A DNA stretch of 64,000 nucleotides from Callorhinchus milii (GCF_018977255.1 NW_024704743.1:64296001-64360000); one strand, 5' to 3'; counted from the stretch's first letter, positions 27,078 through 39,915 are shown. The notes: generated by a model not told the origin, from the letters alone. A program made the numbers and translations.

Positions 27078-27255
27078 AGTGTGTGACTGTCACAGGCTCC
27101 AGTGTGTGTCTGTCACAGTTTGTGTCTGTCACAGGCTCTAGTCTGTGCCAGTTTGTGTCTGTCACAGGCTCTAGTCTGTGCCAGTGTGTGTCTGTCTGTC
27201 ATAGGGTCCAATCTGACAGTCTGTGACAGAAATGTCACAGGCTGCAGTCTGTTCA
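27078..27255 (+). repeat. Minisatellite with a 33-bp unit (cagtttgtgtctgtcacaggctctagtctgtgc, two exact copies plus partial copies)
   Basis: Exact tandem copies at 27116-27148 and 27149-27181. Confidence 0.85.
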
Positions 27256-27464
27256 GTGAGTCTGTTCATCAAATGGAATCGCCAGGCCTAGAATATGGTG
27301 CGACATGCAAGTGCAAGAACTTTTTAAAAACATTTCCTCATTGTGCACAAATTAACAGGAGATGTGTTTCATATATACAGATGTCTTAGTGATGTTTTTC
27401 CAATGTTACTACAAATTATTTTGTTTCTGAATCTATGAAAAGACAGCCTTGTTTTTTTTCTTAG

Positions 27465-27650
27465 GCTATCAACCAAAATTCAACTCCCACTTGCAAGGAA
27501 GCAGTTGTGATGATTCAGGATGTTCTTAACCTACCTGAGGAGCCATTCATAAATGAAGCCTGGAAAGTTATTCCTTGTGGTGATCTGCTGCCCAATGACT
27601 CCTGGCCTGTGACTGAATATTTTCCATCCATCAAAACATGGGTTCAGTCT
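27465..27650 (+). CDS. ABCA13: ABCA13 exon (186 nt, phase 0->0): AINQNSTPTCKE...IKTWVQS
   Basis: ttttttttcttag acceptor, gtgagt donor, 62 open codons. Confidence 0.85.
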
Positions 27651-28111
27651 GTGAGTCTGTTCATCAGCATGGCGTCATTAGGCTAAGAATGTGGTGTTCA
27701 CAAACCAGAAACCGCTGTATTAATAACAATTGCTATTTCATAACTGAAATTGCTGGTTTTGCTCCAGAATTCACTAAAGCATTGTGGAAAACAATTGGGG
27801 AAAAATGCTGACCGTGAAGGATAGCAAACAACATTTTGCGGTCGGCATTTTGCCTTTCAATCTGTTGCTGGACATATCGAGCCAATTCCTGCCTGAGAAA
27901 TGCCCCCAAAACAAAACATGGCTACAATCAACATTCCTCTGTTTTGTGAAAACTGCACATTTTGAAATCTGAGTATCTTAACATGTTGGATGAGCACTGC
28001 TGTTTATTTGGTGCTATAAGTATCCTATGAATGTGGAACATTAAGTTAAGCAAGATAGCTTGTTGGTTCAAAGTATTTTATGACAATAATTGCACTGTGG
28101 ATCTTTTACAG

Positions 28112-28326
28112 GTTGATCTTTTCCAGTCAGGGGTCACTGGGCAGGCTTTGCCAGTCACACTGCCAGATGTGTACAGAGGATGGCAGGAAGTAGCCGCCGC
28201 ATATCAGAATACCAGCCGTGTCTACGATCATTTAATTCTGAACATTACAGGGAAAGCAACTTCTAGTCCTGAATCTTGGGAAAAGTTTACATTCAGTTCC
28301 TTTCAGGAGCATCTGCTGCTGAATCT
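28112..28326 (+). CDS. ABCA13: ABCA13 exon (215 nt, phase 0->2): VDLFQSG...PDVYRGWQEV...EHLLLN
   Basis: ttttacag acceptor, gtacgt donor; PDVYRGWQE resembles human PEEYLDWQE (recalled). Confidence 0.85.
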
Positions 28327-29359
28327 GTACGTGTGGTTTGTCAAATGAAAGGGTTATTATTAAGATTATTTTATTGTATATCTGACTATTGCTCGCATTT
28401 GTGTTAGTCATAGACTCATTTGTTACACCACAGAAACAGATTATTTGGACCATCAATCTGTGCTTGTATTTTTTCTCCATATGCCCAACCTAATCTAATC
28501 CTACTCTCCTGCTCACTTCCTTTAATATTCCTCTTTTATCGAGCATTTAAAATAATTTCTGGAGTTGGCAACTGAGCCATTTTGTGACAGACAATTCTAG
28601 ATTATATCTATCTATGTAAAGATTTTTTCAAACTTCCTCTTTGATTATTTTTGTGAGTATATTAAATATGTGCTTTGTACTTACTGCTCACTCACTAATG
28701 GATTTTGGTTACTATTTACAACATCATAATTTGTAGATTTCTATCAGATTGCCATTAACCTTCTCAGCTGTAGTGCCAAAAAAAGCAAGTATATCTTCGG
28801 AACTAAAAGCTCTTATCCCTGGTATGACCGTACTGAATCTACACATTACCTTTTATATTGCTATGATATCTTTTCTATAATAGGGTGTCCAATACTGTTC
28901 ACAATATTCTAACTGCAGTGAATTCCCAGTCTGTCTTGAATGGTGAATTCCCAGTCTGAAATGTTAATCCCATTCATGTCCTAGAAAGAAGGAAAATAAA
29001 GCTCTAAATTAGTGAATATGAATATAAATTGAAAATAAGAAAACAAATCTATATTTAAATCTGAAAGGGAGTGGGGGTAAGTCTGATGATATGACATTTG
29101 GGTCAACCAGGCAAGTGTTATTTATTGGTCGATGTTGATTCATGCTCTGCTCCCAGAGAAACAACAACAACAAATGATATTTGTAAAGCGCTTTTCACAT
29201 CGGGAGGACATCCCAATGTGCTGGAGAGTCAAGGATTTACACCCGAGCTGAGATTTGATGGTAGTCTTTGCTTATTTATTTGTTGGTTTGTTGCTATAGA
29301 CAGTAGCAATAATTCTAGGGCCTTTACATTTTCCTTGTTAACCCTTACATTTATTCCAG

Positions 29360-29499
29360 GGCTTTCCATATATTCGATGCCCAGGGGTCCGCAGTGGAGA
29401 GAAGTGATATTTGGCCCAACATCAGTCTCTATATCAGAGGAATGTGTTGGGTAATTGAAAACTCAAACTGGAAGAGCATCAACACTCTCAGTGGATATG
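29360..29499 (+). CDS. ABCA13: ABCA13 exon (140 nt, phase 2->1): AFHIFDAQG...WPNISLYIRGMCWV...SGY
   Basis: ttattccag acceptor, gtgagc donor, bridges the phases of its neighbours. Confidence 0.85.
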
Positions 29500-30257
29500 G
29501 TGAGCAAACAGCAAGCTTGAATCTAAAAGGTCACTTAACATTTGCAAGAGTGGAAATATTCTGGATTTAATTGTTTAAATCGGGGGATGGGGGGGCCGGG
29601 TGGGGGAGAGAATGAGAATGGGAGAATTACATTTGATGGCTATTGATACAAATTACAATGTTATTTTGAGCTTTCGGAGAGTGTGGCTGGTTTATGAAGA
29701 TGTGGATATTTATTAACAGCCACTTAGTAAAGATAAGAGCAAGGAAGTTATAAGCCATACTTTACAAAATAAATTGTCATAGCTGTTTGCTACTCAGAGA
29801 CACCGTGCTGTCATGGTATAAGGAAGCAGCATTAATGCATAATGCATGATCAATAGCAGCAAAATAAAGATTAAATGTGGCAGGCAGTTTAGCAGTGATG
29901 TACAATGAGATAATTATGCTGCGAGAAATAGTATAAAACTAATTGAGGTAATGTATTCCAAGAGTAGATTATTGCTATTTGTTCACTCTCTATGTCTGTC
30001 AGCAGTTATTGTGCATTATACCCACTGAATTAAATGCTGTAGCCACATCACTAACCTACTGGACTAAGCTCTGAGACACTACCTTGCATAAAGGGTGCTA
30101 TTTAAATGAAGGTTGTTATTGTTGAGTTGAAAGTGGGCTAGATCTCAGCTCTTTTATTTGCCTTCTTTGTAATTTGCTTACAATCCTCACTTCTCCTCTT
30201 TCAAATACAGGATAAGAACAGGCCAGCCTGCTTGTTCTCCAATGCTGCTTTATAATA

Positions 30258-30495
30258 TAAAAATAATCCTTGCATTTGATATAGGGCTTTTCACGTCTTT
30301 TCGACGTCTCAAAGCGCTTCACAGAATAGACTGTAAAGTGAATTGACCGTATATTTGTGGGCGAAACGCGGCAGCCAATTGCGCACAGCAATGTCCCACA
30401 AACAGTCATGGATTGAAAATGATCAATTTATTATTGTTTTGGAGGGATTATTATTATTAGCCGTGTGGAGTAAGGAAACTTGCCCAAGGTTTCCT
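30258..30495 (-). mobile_element. 5'-truncated tRNA-derived SINE
   Basis: Reverse complement of the SINE body and tail. Confidence 0.85.
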
Positions 30496-31434
30496 AATAA
30501 TTGATTAGGGTGAGACAGGAGTTTCTTTTTCCTGGCCTATCAGATACAATCCTTACTGCCATCTAGACTGGCGGGACAATGGATAGCTAAATACAAGTGA
30601 TGGATTATCTTGGGACTTAAGATCACCATCTTCTGATGTGGCGTCAAGTACTCAGTGGCTTTAGCTAACAGAATAACAATAACTTACATTTATATAACAC
30701 CTTCTCACATCGGAGAACATTTCAAAATGTTGTATAGAGATGGAGTGGGAGTCCCAGCAGGATGGGTGATAGAGGGGCTGAAAGCACAGTGAAAGATGGG
30801 TTTTTGGTAAGTTTTATTCAGATATTAAATAAGTTAATCCACAAAATTACCATTGGTAGTTAATTACATGACTAAGGACACTGGTATGTATTTGAATATG
30901 ATTAGCCAAAAGGCTATTATCCCCGCACAGTTTGGTCCTATTATTTGATACTGTTTAGTGACCTCTGAAGGCAGGGTACTGTACCTAAAACCTTCAAATC
31001 CACTTATTGAGAACTAATCCTGCAATAAATGCAGAATAATCCAAATCATTATATAAAATTACATAGAACATTACTGCATAGAAACAGGACCAACTAATCT
31101 GTGCTGGTGTTTATACTCCACTTGAGCCTCCATCTCTCCTATTATCACTCTTCGATAACCCTCTACCTCATTCTCCCTCATGTGTGCATCAAACTTCCTC
31201 TTAAATACGTTGAACCTTTTTGCTTCAACCATAGCTTCTGGCAATGAGTTCCATATTCTCACCACCTGCTGCGTGAAGACATAATCTTAAACAAATTTAG
31301 TGTGTTCAGGCAAAGGCTAATATACAGGTTAAAGTGTATTTCCTACCAGGTTTAGATGAAATTGTGTGATTTTTTTTGTATTTTTTTACTCTGGTGAAAT
31401 ATATTTGCAAAGGCTGTTTTCTTATTCCTTACAG

Positions 31435-31549
31435 GTAATATTTCAAGCTCCGTCTGTGTCACAGGAAAGCTAAAGTGGAGAGATCTGTTTAATGGAACCA
31501 TGGTATTCATCCAGAATGCTGGCAGCAGCCCAGGCACAGTTGGGAATCA
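31435..31549 (+). CDS. ABCA13: ABCA13 exon (115 nt, phase 1->2): NISSSVCVTGKLKWRDLFNG...TVGN
   Basis: ccttacag acceptor, gtaagt donor; Cys...Trp spacing like human CFEENMDW (recalled). Confidence 0.85.
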
Positions 31550-33431
31550 GTAAGTTATACTACTGGAGAACAACAAAGCCTTAATCACAACCAAAGCTAT
31601 ACAGTGTTGTAATTTTATTAAAGCTTTACTGATATGTATTCATCAATAAATATTTGTTAAAGGATAGAGGGAAAAACTACTATCAATTAAAGCAGCTTTG
31701 CATTCGTAATCATGGGATTTTTTGTTTGCAGTCAGTAGGGAGAATATCTCCCTGAAGCTGTACTGCCGAGCTAGTGCTGGGTAATTGCTATCTTGGAGTT
31801 AACAGTTCAAATCTCTCAGCAGGTTTTATAAATCTTATGTACAAATCATTACACTGCAGCCTGATTATAAGTCTATGCAGCAAGAATGAATAAGAGTGAG
31901 AAATTTTCTTCTCTTACCACTTGCAGGAACAATATCCAAATTCATGACTTTATGATTAGATTTTACCTTTCCAGACAGATAAGAGAATAACAATATTTCA
32001 CAGATTGTGCCACTCCTGACCAACTGTGTGAACTCTTTGCTTTTGCTTATGGATATAACACTGTCATTCTCAATGGACATGTGAGTTATCTACATTAAAA
32101 CTAACCTTTCCATGACATAGTATTCCAAATAACCTTGATCCCTCTATGTTTACTGACAGAGTTGGTTAAATTTCATTTACAGTACAAAAGGGAATTTCTA
32201 ATGTTTTTTCTTTAAGAATCGTTGCTTATTCATCAGACATTCTCTTCAAAATGTTAGTATTGTTTTATCTTAAATCGGATAATCTCAGAGAAGGTTTATG
32301 TGCTAATATTAGGTAAAGAACTCTGATCATAATTATATTTCCTCTGCCATCCAAAACTCCCTCTTGCCTTCACCCAAATCTCATCGGCCTCTGTGCTAAG
32401 ACTAGCATAGGAGAGGAAGCCCTACTTTAGCCTCTAGTCCCTTTCTTCATGGGTTTCCTTCCCATGATCAAATATGAGCAAATAATGAAACAACAATTTA
32501 CATTCATATAACACCTTTCACATCAGAAGAACATCTCAATACATTATACAATGCAATTTATGTTCATATAGAGCCTTTACGTCAGGAAGACATCTCAAAA
32601 CACTTTACCTGATGTGAAAGGTGCTATAATTAATGCTGTTTATTTGTTTACAGTGCTAGCTGGACATTCTAGTTGGTGGATAGGAGGTGAAAAGATGGGG
32701 AGGGGAAAGTTAACCGAAAGCGGGGTCAGAGAGTTAAGCCTCGAGAGAGGCTTTCGAAGAGATAGGGGGATGAGTTGGAACAACTCTGGGATACAGTTCC
32801 AGTGGTGGGGGGAGCAGAATGGTTGAAAGTTCTCCCACTGATGGTGAAGTGAAAGTAGGATGTATTCGTACGACAAAGTGCTTCCCTTGAGATCGTGTGG
32901 CAAATGTAAAAGAAGGTGAACAGGTAGTAAAGAAAAACTTTCCTGTCTATATTCACGCTTGAAAATCAACCCACATTTCCATCCAAGCAGTGGATAAGCC
33001 ATTTTTGAGGTTCAATGTAATCAGGTAGATTAAGTTAGGGTCCCTTGTATCCCAGTTCCAATTCACATTGCACAATTCACTTCAGATTTTCAAGATATAT
33101 TCCTCATCATTCTGTAATAGAAGAAGCATTCCCTACAGTACAGTTCACCTATATTCCTTTGTAATGATATGGAAAATCTTTCCCCTTCAAATGAGGTAGA
33201 AACTATACTTATGTAATGCAACTATGTCACAAATTGTTGAACTGAGTCGATTGGCCCGAAACTCAAGAGCTTCCTTTCAGGTGTGGGGAGCTGTCATTGA
33301 TTGAAAAGACATTCTGGGATCAGAAGGAATATGTGGTTGAGCATTTATATTTTTGAACTTTAGTGTATAACTACTTTAGCAATTTAAGCAAAAAAGATAT
33401 ATCAGAAACTTATCCACTTTTTTTCTTTCAG

Positions 33432-36400
33432 GGTTTTAAAATCAGCCCTGCAGTTTCTCGATTACCAGAAGATGATAAAGTTCAGTCAAAGTGACATGGA
33501 GATCTTATTGCAGAGTTTTGGTAATCCTAGTGAGCTTTTTGATTGTGTCCATGGACTGAAGATCATTGCCAAAGTCATCCTGGAGAACACACTTTTATGG
33601 TTGAAAACGCCCTCTCATTCAACAGATGAATCCTCATCGATAATTCAGGGGTTGCTTGATCTTTCTCAAGTAAATAGTGTTAATTTTTTCATTCAGAGAA
33701 TGAAGATTCTCCTGGGGCAGCGACCAGAGGGTATGTCAGAGCAAAATTGGCGAACAGTGGAACTCTTACTTAGTGTGTTACAAAAGGAATTGCCAGGTGT
33801 AGTGGTCACTGGACCCTTTCAAAATACAATTGGGATGTCTAATATGGCATGGGCTGTTTTACAGAAGCTTTTTGTCCATAACACCACAGATACATTTAAA
33901 AAAACTGTCAATTTCTTCTGGAATTTCACTTCTATAGTGTCGGCGGGATCAACTAAAGCTGCTGTGGATTACCTTGACATTTATAAAATGTTTCTGCATT
34001 ATTTGAATGATGTTGGGTTACTATCTAAGCAGCAGGCTTCATCGACAATGGATATCCTCCTGGGGTTAAGAAATGCTTCAGAAATTACTTCTTCAACTCA
34101 AGGACTATCTCAGCTGAAAGATCTGGAGAGTCAACTTTCTAATCTTCTTCAAACCATCACCGAAGAAAATGAAGCACAATTTCTGCAAATATTTTACGAT
34201 GTAATTCATACCGTGACCCAACTCTCAAATGAATCTGACCTTTCATCCTTCGTGAGTGCTGCCAATCAAACTTCAGCAGTGATTTCCAATCTTTTTGATC
34301 AGTTCAGTTCTGATGACATTGTCCAGGCTACTCAAATAGTGGCCGACATTATTTATGTTTATCAGAACTTGTCAAAGGAAGATCTTTTCAGAGGTCTACT
34401 GGGCCTATATAACTTTATTCAATCACAAATACAAAAGCAAGCACAGAGCACGGGATCGGAGCTGCAAATGATAAATACAACACTGGCAAAACTCACAGAA
34501 GCTTTCCATGGCAACACAAACAATATTAGCTGCTTGATATTGCAAGCTTTGCAGTCGTCATCAGTCCCTCTTTCTGACAGCTGGTTGAGAAGCTATTGTT
34601 CAACGACGAATAGTAGCAGAAAGGCTCGTTCATTGACGGCTTTATCAGCAACTGCTGTTAGTACAGACACAAGTCAGATCATGTACAGATACATAGTGGA
34701 TGAAATGCTTAAAATTCTGAAAGCAGATGAAGGTGAGGAAATGGCTTTAACCTCTCTATTATGCACAGCAGATTTGTTTCAGTCATGGATACAGATAGTA
34801 AAACAGGTAGCAAAAGAACTGCACATTGATTCACAAATAGTGGATTCCTTGACTATTGGTGTGATGGGAATATCACAAGAACTGGATCAGATGTCAAATG
34901 GCACAGTATGCACTACTAATTGCAAAACCAACACCACAGAGGCAGTGACAGTTTTGGTATACAATATTATGTCAATATCTGACCTTGACTTTAAGGATTG
35001 GTACCAAATGCAGAGTAATTTCATCACTATCCTGCGTTACACAGCGAGTGTGGCTGCTCCTTTACCAATGGATAGTGATACGTTTCATAAGTTGATGCAG
35101 ACCATGGAGAATGTTTTCAGTTCATTTCAGAATTCCCGTTCCAAAACTTTCTCTAACCTTGATGTTTCTAAGTTAATAGATTCTCTGCAACCGTTCTGGT
35201 CAATGGATAACCCTCAACATGAAAGGCTATATTTTGTCTTGCGTACATTTGCAAACTTAAACTCCAGTGCTAACTTGGACACCATCAGAGTGATGTTCAA
35301 TGAAATTGCTTTATTCTTCCACAATTCCTTTAATGTAGATGGTTTACATCAGTCAATTGAATTAATGGAAAAAGTCTGGAATTTAGTTAACAAAAATGAG
35401 AACAATGGGAGTCAATTTCCTTGCAAAGATTTGGTGATGTTAATCAAAGAGCTGATTCATTTGGAAAATCCTGTCACAGGGACCAGAGAATGGGAAAAAC
35501 TGCTGCAGTGGATAAATATATTGACACAAACAGAACATTCTGAATTATCACTCTCTTATTTGAAAGACATGTTTATCATTCTGACCTCTGAAGTGAATTT
35601 ATACGAGATGGACCAAATGATTATTCAGACCGAGAAAGCAATTTACAAAGTGCTAAACATGACAAGACAGTCCGATGGATTAAATGCATCTGATGCATAT
35701 ATCACTGACATTATTTCATTGTTGGAAATGTCTTTCCCTGATTCCGTTCTCAACAAAACTGAAATTGTGCAGGTTCTGAGGATAGGCTCTGAATTAGCAA
35801 AAGCAGCCTTTAAAGATGGAAGCATGTCAAATGAATTTCAAGGGTGGCTGATAAAACACATTCAAGGCATAGCCAATGACAAGGCAATGGCAGAAGAGCT
35901 CTTGGCTATTTTCGGCAAACTATCCACAACAATATTTAATTCAGAATCTCTTTCGTCAAGTGCCACTAATTCCTCTCTGTTCTCAAATTATTCTCTGAAT
36001 TGGGATTCTTTTCTTGAGATCATATCATACACTAACTGTGGTGATACTTCAGAGGAAAACTGTGAAAAGGCTTTATTTACTAATCTGTTGTCTCATATGT
36101 TCAGACAATACTTGGCAATCCAGCCTGATGGCATTGCTAGTGAATGGGGAAAATTTGCTTCAATTTTATTGCACCAGGTCAGCCAGACAAGTCAACTTTC
36201 CCAAACAACGTTAAAATTATTAACTCAATCTCTCAACATCTTCCAACATTTTGTATCAGGGCAAAGAAATTCTACAGATGATATCAGTCTCATTCAACTT
36301 CAAAGATTAACAGTCATTTTAACATCAGACTGGAACATCCAACAATACTCACTTTTTCTTCACAATTTAGTGTATTTACTGAATGAAAGCACTGATGAAA

Positions 36401-39400
36401 GTTTGAAGCCTGATAAGATCTCCGCTGATGTTTTATTTAACACGTTTGACATCATTCTGTGCTTTAGAGAAAAAGATATGCACAATAACCTGTCTTTGTC
36501 TGAGGTCATCGACGTGCTATTCCCCAAGGCTGCAGTTTTCAGTGATCTGACTTCAAAGAACTTTTCAGGACAAGCTGCAAATATCCTCAGTATCAAATTC
36601 AGGCATGCTCTTCAACAAACAGTGCAGTCGATACAGAATTCGGATCAAGTGCTTCAGCAAACATGTCGGTCAAACTTAACAATGATTCAGGCCTATGAGT
36701 TGCTTAATCAATTAACTCATTACATAAACAACATGACATTCAACAGTAACCTTAATAATACAGCCCGAGAGAATGAGGTGAATGAACACATAGCTTATCT
36801 CGAGAGATTTACGCTATCCCAGATTGCATGTGTCACAGATGTTTTGAACTCCACTACCACCTTGCTGATGGCGCTACAGCAGATTGTGGGCACTGATAGA
36901 ATCATTGACACTCACCAAGTGTTACAGTTTGTTGGACCAGTCTCTCGTCTTCTCCAGGGTTTGTTGGATGTGCTGAAGATGCGAAATGACACGACAGCAG
37001 CTGTCCAAGCCTTCATGACACTGAGGAATGAGAGTTCATATTTATCCATAGTCCAGGACATTGGTGTCAAAAGAGTCCTGAGTATGACTGATGAGCTGTT
37101 TGAATATCACGCAGCAAAGAAAGGCTCTTCCAAAGATAGTTTCTTTCAGCAGTTGGCGTTGTGTATACATTTCCTTGCTGAAATGTTTGAGGCAGTTGGG
37201 ATACCTCATGGAGTAACAGAGAACCTTGAAAATGTAGGCAAAGTTCTACAAATCTTTGATTCCCATGCAAAAGGAAACAGTATGAAAGGGCTGCCAACTG
37301 ACTCCGTGTTCAACATTACATACTTTGCTCTACAAAATATAGATTCATTGAGTGAAATTAACAGTGAAATACAACTTTTGAAAACAAGTCTTCAGGACAT
37401 GCTTCATATCATAACCCAAAAAGGTACAAGCAGCAACCTGACCATTGAAAGGTTAAATGAACTTATTGCCTTGGTGGAAAATATTGCAACAGGACAAATC
37501 TCAGGAAGTGTGAATGACACCTTCCAGTATCATCTCAGCTTTGACTCTGTCGTGCAAATTGTCCAACATGCCAGGGAAATTGTACCATTCTTGGGCAAGG
37601 AACCACCATCATCTGTGCTCAGTATTGAGGCTGCAGAAATGTTCCTTCAGTTACTTTATAACAACCTGCCACAATTCAATTACCATTCATCCAATACATC
37701 TGGTGAATTCAGTTCTAACTCCTGGATTCCTGTGTTCAGCAATGAACTTGTGGACAGATTAATCCATCTTTTTCTAAAAGATTTCATGCAGTTCTCCTCA
37801 AATCCAACTTCAGACCAAATTAAAATTACACAAAATATGACCTGCATAATCCAGAACCTTTTATCTACCACAGACGAGCACCTTGTACTGACCACTCTGA
37901 AACACATTAACGGTTCACTTGCAAAAATTTTTGAACATGACATCACTGTCAAAGATATAGATACCATAATGGATCTTCTAACACAAGAAGCAGGATTTTT
38001 TACATATATGCCTCAGGTCCAAAGTTTGATCGAAATTCTCACTACAGTGCGGACAGTTTTGCTGGTGGCTGGAGAGAAGCATTTCCCAATTGTCCTTCAT
38101 ACTATTCCTGATGGAGTTGCTGTGATACAAGATCTGTCCACAAATGTAACTGAAGCATTTGAAGAAGTTTACAGGTTTGCTCAGTCACATCAGACAAATT
38201 GGTCAGTGTACAGCCACAAAAACATGACTGAGGTTAATGAGAAGATCATTAAAATAATGCAGCTAGTTGCTGGTTTGGTAACTAATGCTCCAGAGATGGC
38301 ACAGTGCTTTCCTCTGGTTGTGTGCAAGCTGCTGTCAGAGGAAGCAACAAACAGTAACCTTCTTCAAGAGGCTTGCAATCTCCAGAATCCAGGGCTTTCT
38401 GCAGCATTTAACAGTTTGGCTGCTGATATCAAGAGGCTCCTCATGGGAACTACTCATGATTCTGCAAATGTGCAATGTGAGAATGATACAATTCCTAAGG
38501 AAATCTTTCAGAATATGGTGTGCTTGCATCATCAGTATGAAGAATGGATCAGAGTTTTGCTCAGAATATCTCAGGTGTACAATTTGGAGAGATCAGGTTT
38601 AGAAAAACTACAAGCAGTTTGGGTTAATATTTCATACATCATAACTTCCACCAACATAACAGACTTGAGCTGTCCCATTGAACCTGTAATTCAAGCAACA
38701 GAACAATTGTTAGACTTGATTGGAAATAAGACCTCAGAAAAGATTCTTTTCTCAGACCAATTCATCACTTTCCTCTCCAATGATGACTTATTCCTTCTGA
38801 CAAGCATCAACATGTCAGCAAATGCACAGCGAATCATCGAAACATTAGCATCTTATTTCCAATATATGACTGAAAACAATTCCTCACTTTCTGAGTCTAA
38901 GAAGTATATCTCAACCCTTATTTCCACTGTCCAATCATTGATTTCAGTATCAGGGAATGAAGAAGAGACAGTATATAAAGTGCTGAGTGATCTTCTATAT
39001 TTACTTAAAGAAAATATTAACACAGCTGACATACTGGAAGGCCTAGGTGAGAATATTAGCAAAATATTAAGTGTACCTGAAGTAAAACAACAAATCTCAG
39101 CTGTAGAAAGATTGTTTCATCTCCTGAGAAATATAACTTTGATTTCAACCAAAGAGTCGTCATCCATAATACCAAGCCTGCTCAGCAAGTTTGATGTGTT
39201 ACAACTTGATTCAGTACTGAACAATCTGGAGGAACTTCTAAAAGCAATGGAGCACATATCCAATTTTACAGATGCACATTATCACAAATTACTCAATGTG
39301 GCCGGTTATTTGCTTGCAAACCAAAATCATTCAAAAGCAGCTGTTCAGATGGCTATAAAGCTTGTTGAATCTGCTAGTCTGGTTGGCAACATGTCACAGT

Positions 39401-39899
39401 TGTTACTGGAGGAGAAAGACACTGCTATATCTGTCTTCACTGTCTACCAGCAGGCAGTCTCCTACATCACAACTACACTTTCTGAGGAGAACTTCAAACA
39501 AGGTGGTCAAAATCTCCAAATTTTAAATGATTTGATATTGGAATTTTACTCACGTTGGGATCATCCACCCAAGTTTCAGCAAGCAGTGCTAAACAAGATC
39601 ATCCTGTTCGCCACCACTCTGAATGAGCAGATGCCAACAAGCAATAACCAGGCAATACATTCCATGCAATTCATTGCTAATGGGATCTTGAAGTTGCTAG
39701 AGATTGACACTAATGGAAAAGTTAACTTGAGCGAGATCAGAAATGTGACAGTGAGCTTGATGAACCTCCTTGAAGAGTATCTTGAGGTAATGCAGGTGCC
39801 TGCTTTGATTAGGAATGCTACAGCTAATATTTTTGAAGCCATGACCATACAGCTCATACTGGCTGAGCTGAGTATTGCAGAGGATTTCAATCAAAGAAG
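33432..39899 (+). CDS. ABCA13: ABCA13 giant exon, 6468 nt (2156 codons, phase 2->2); helical, N-glycosylation-sequon-rich extracellular region
   Basis: Contains the 2143-aa ORF 33472..39903, with the frame open back to the ttttttctttcag acceptor at 33431; donor aag|gtaatg at 39900; GLLSKQQASSTMDILLGLRNASEI resembles human GFLEQEQISEALNTVYAIRNASDL (recalled); many N-X-S/T sites. Confidence 0.93.
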
Positions 39900-39915
39900 G
39901 TAATGATAGTTGTAT

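Noticed and set aside
27078..27255. 33-bp repeats as a CRISPR-like array or a repeat protein (ORF 27102-27389)
   Set aside because: Directly tandem copies with no unique spacers, in a eukaryotic intron with no cas genes
28918..28958. 16-nt direct repeat gtgaattcccagtctg, two copies
   Set aside because: Small local duplication at a CR1 remnant boundary with no sign of function
35643..39894. Short antisense and alternative-frame ORFs within the giant exon
   Set aside because: 60-105 aa shadow ORFs with no recognisable motifs
33472..39903. 2143-aa ORF as a standalone intronless or viral gene
   Set aside because: The frame is open upstream of the ATG to a splice acceptor, the stop lies just past a GT donor, and the flanking exons join in phase into ABCA13
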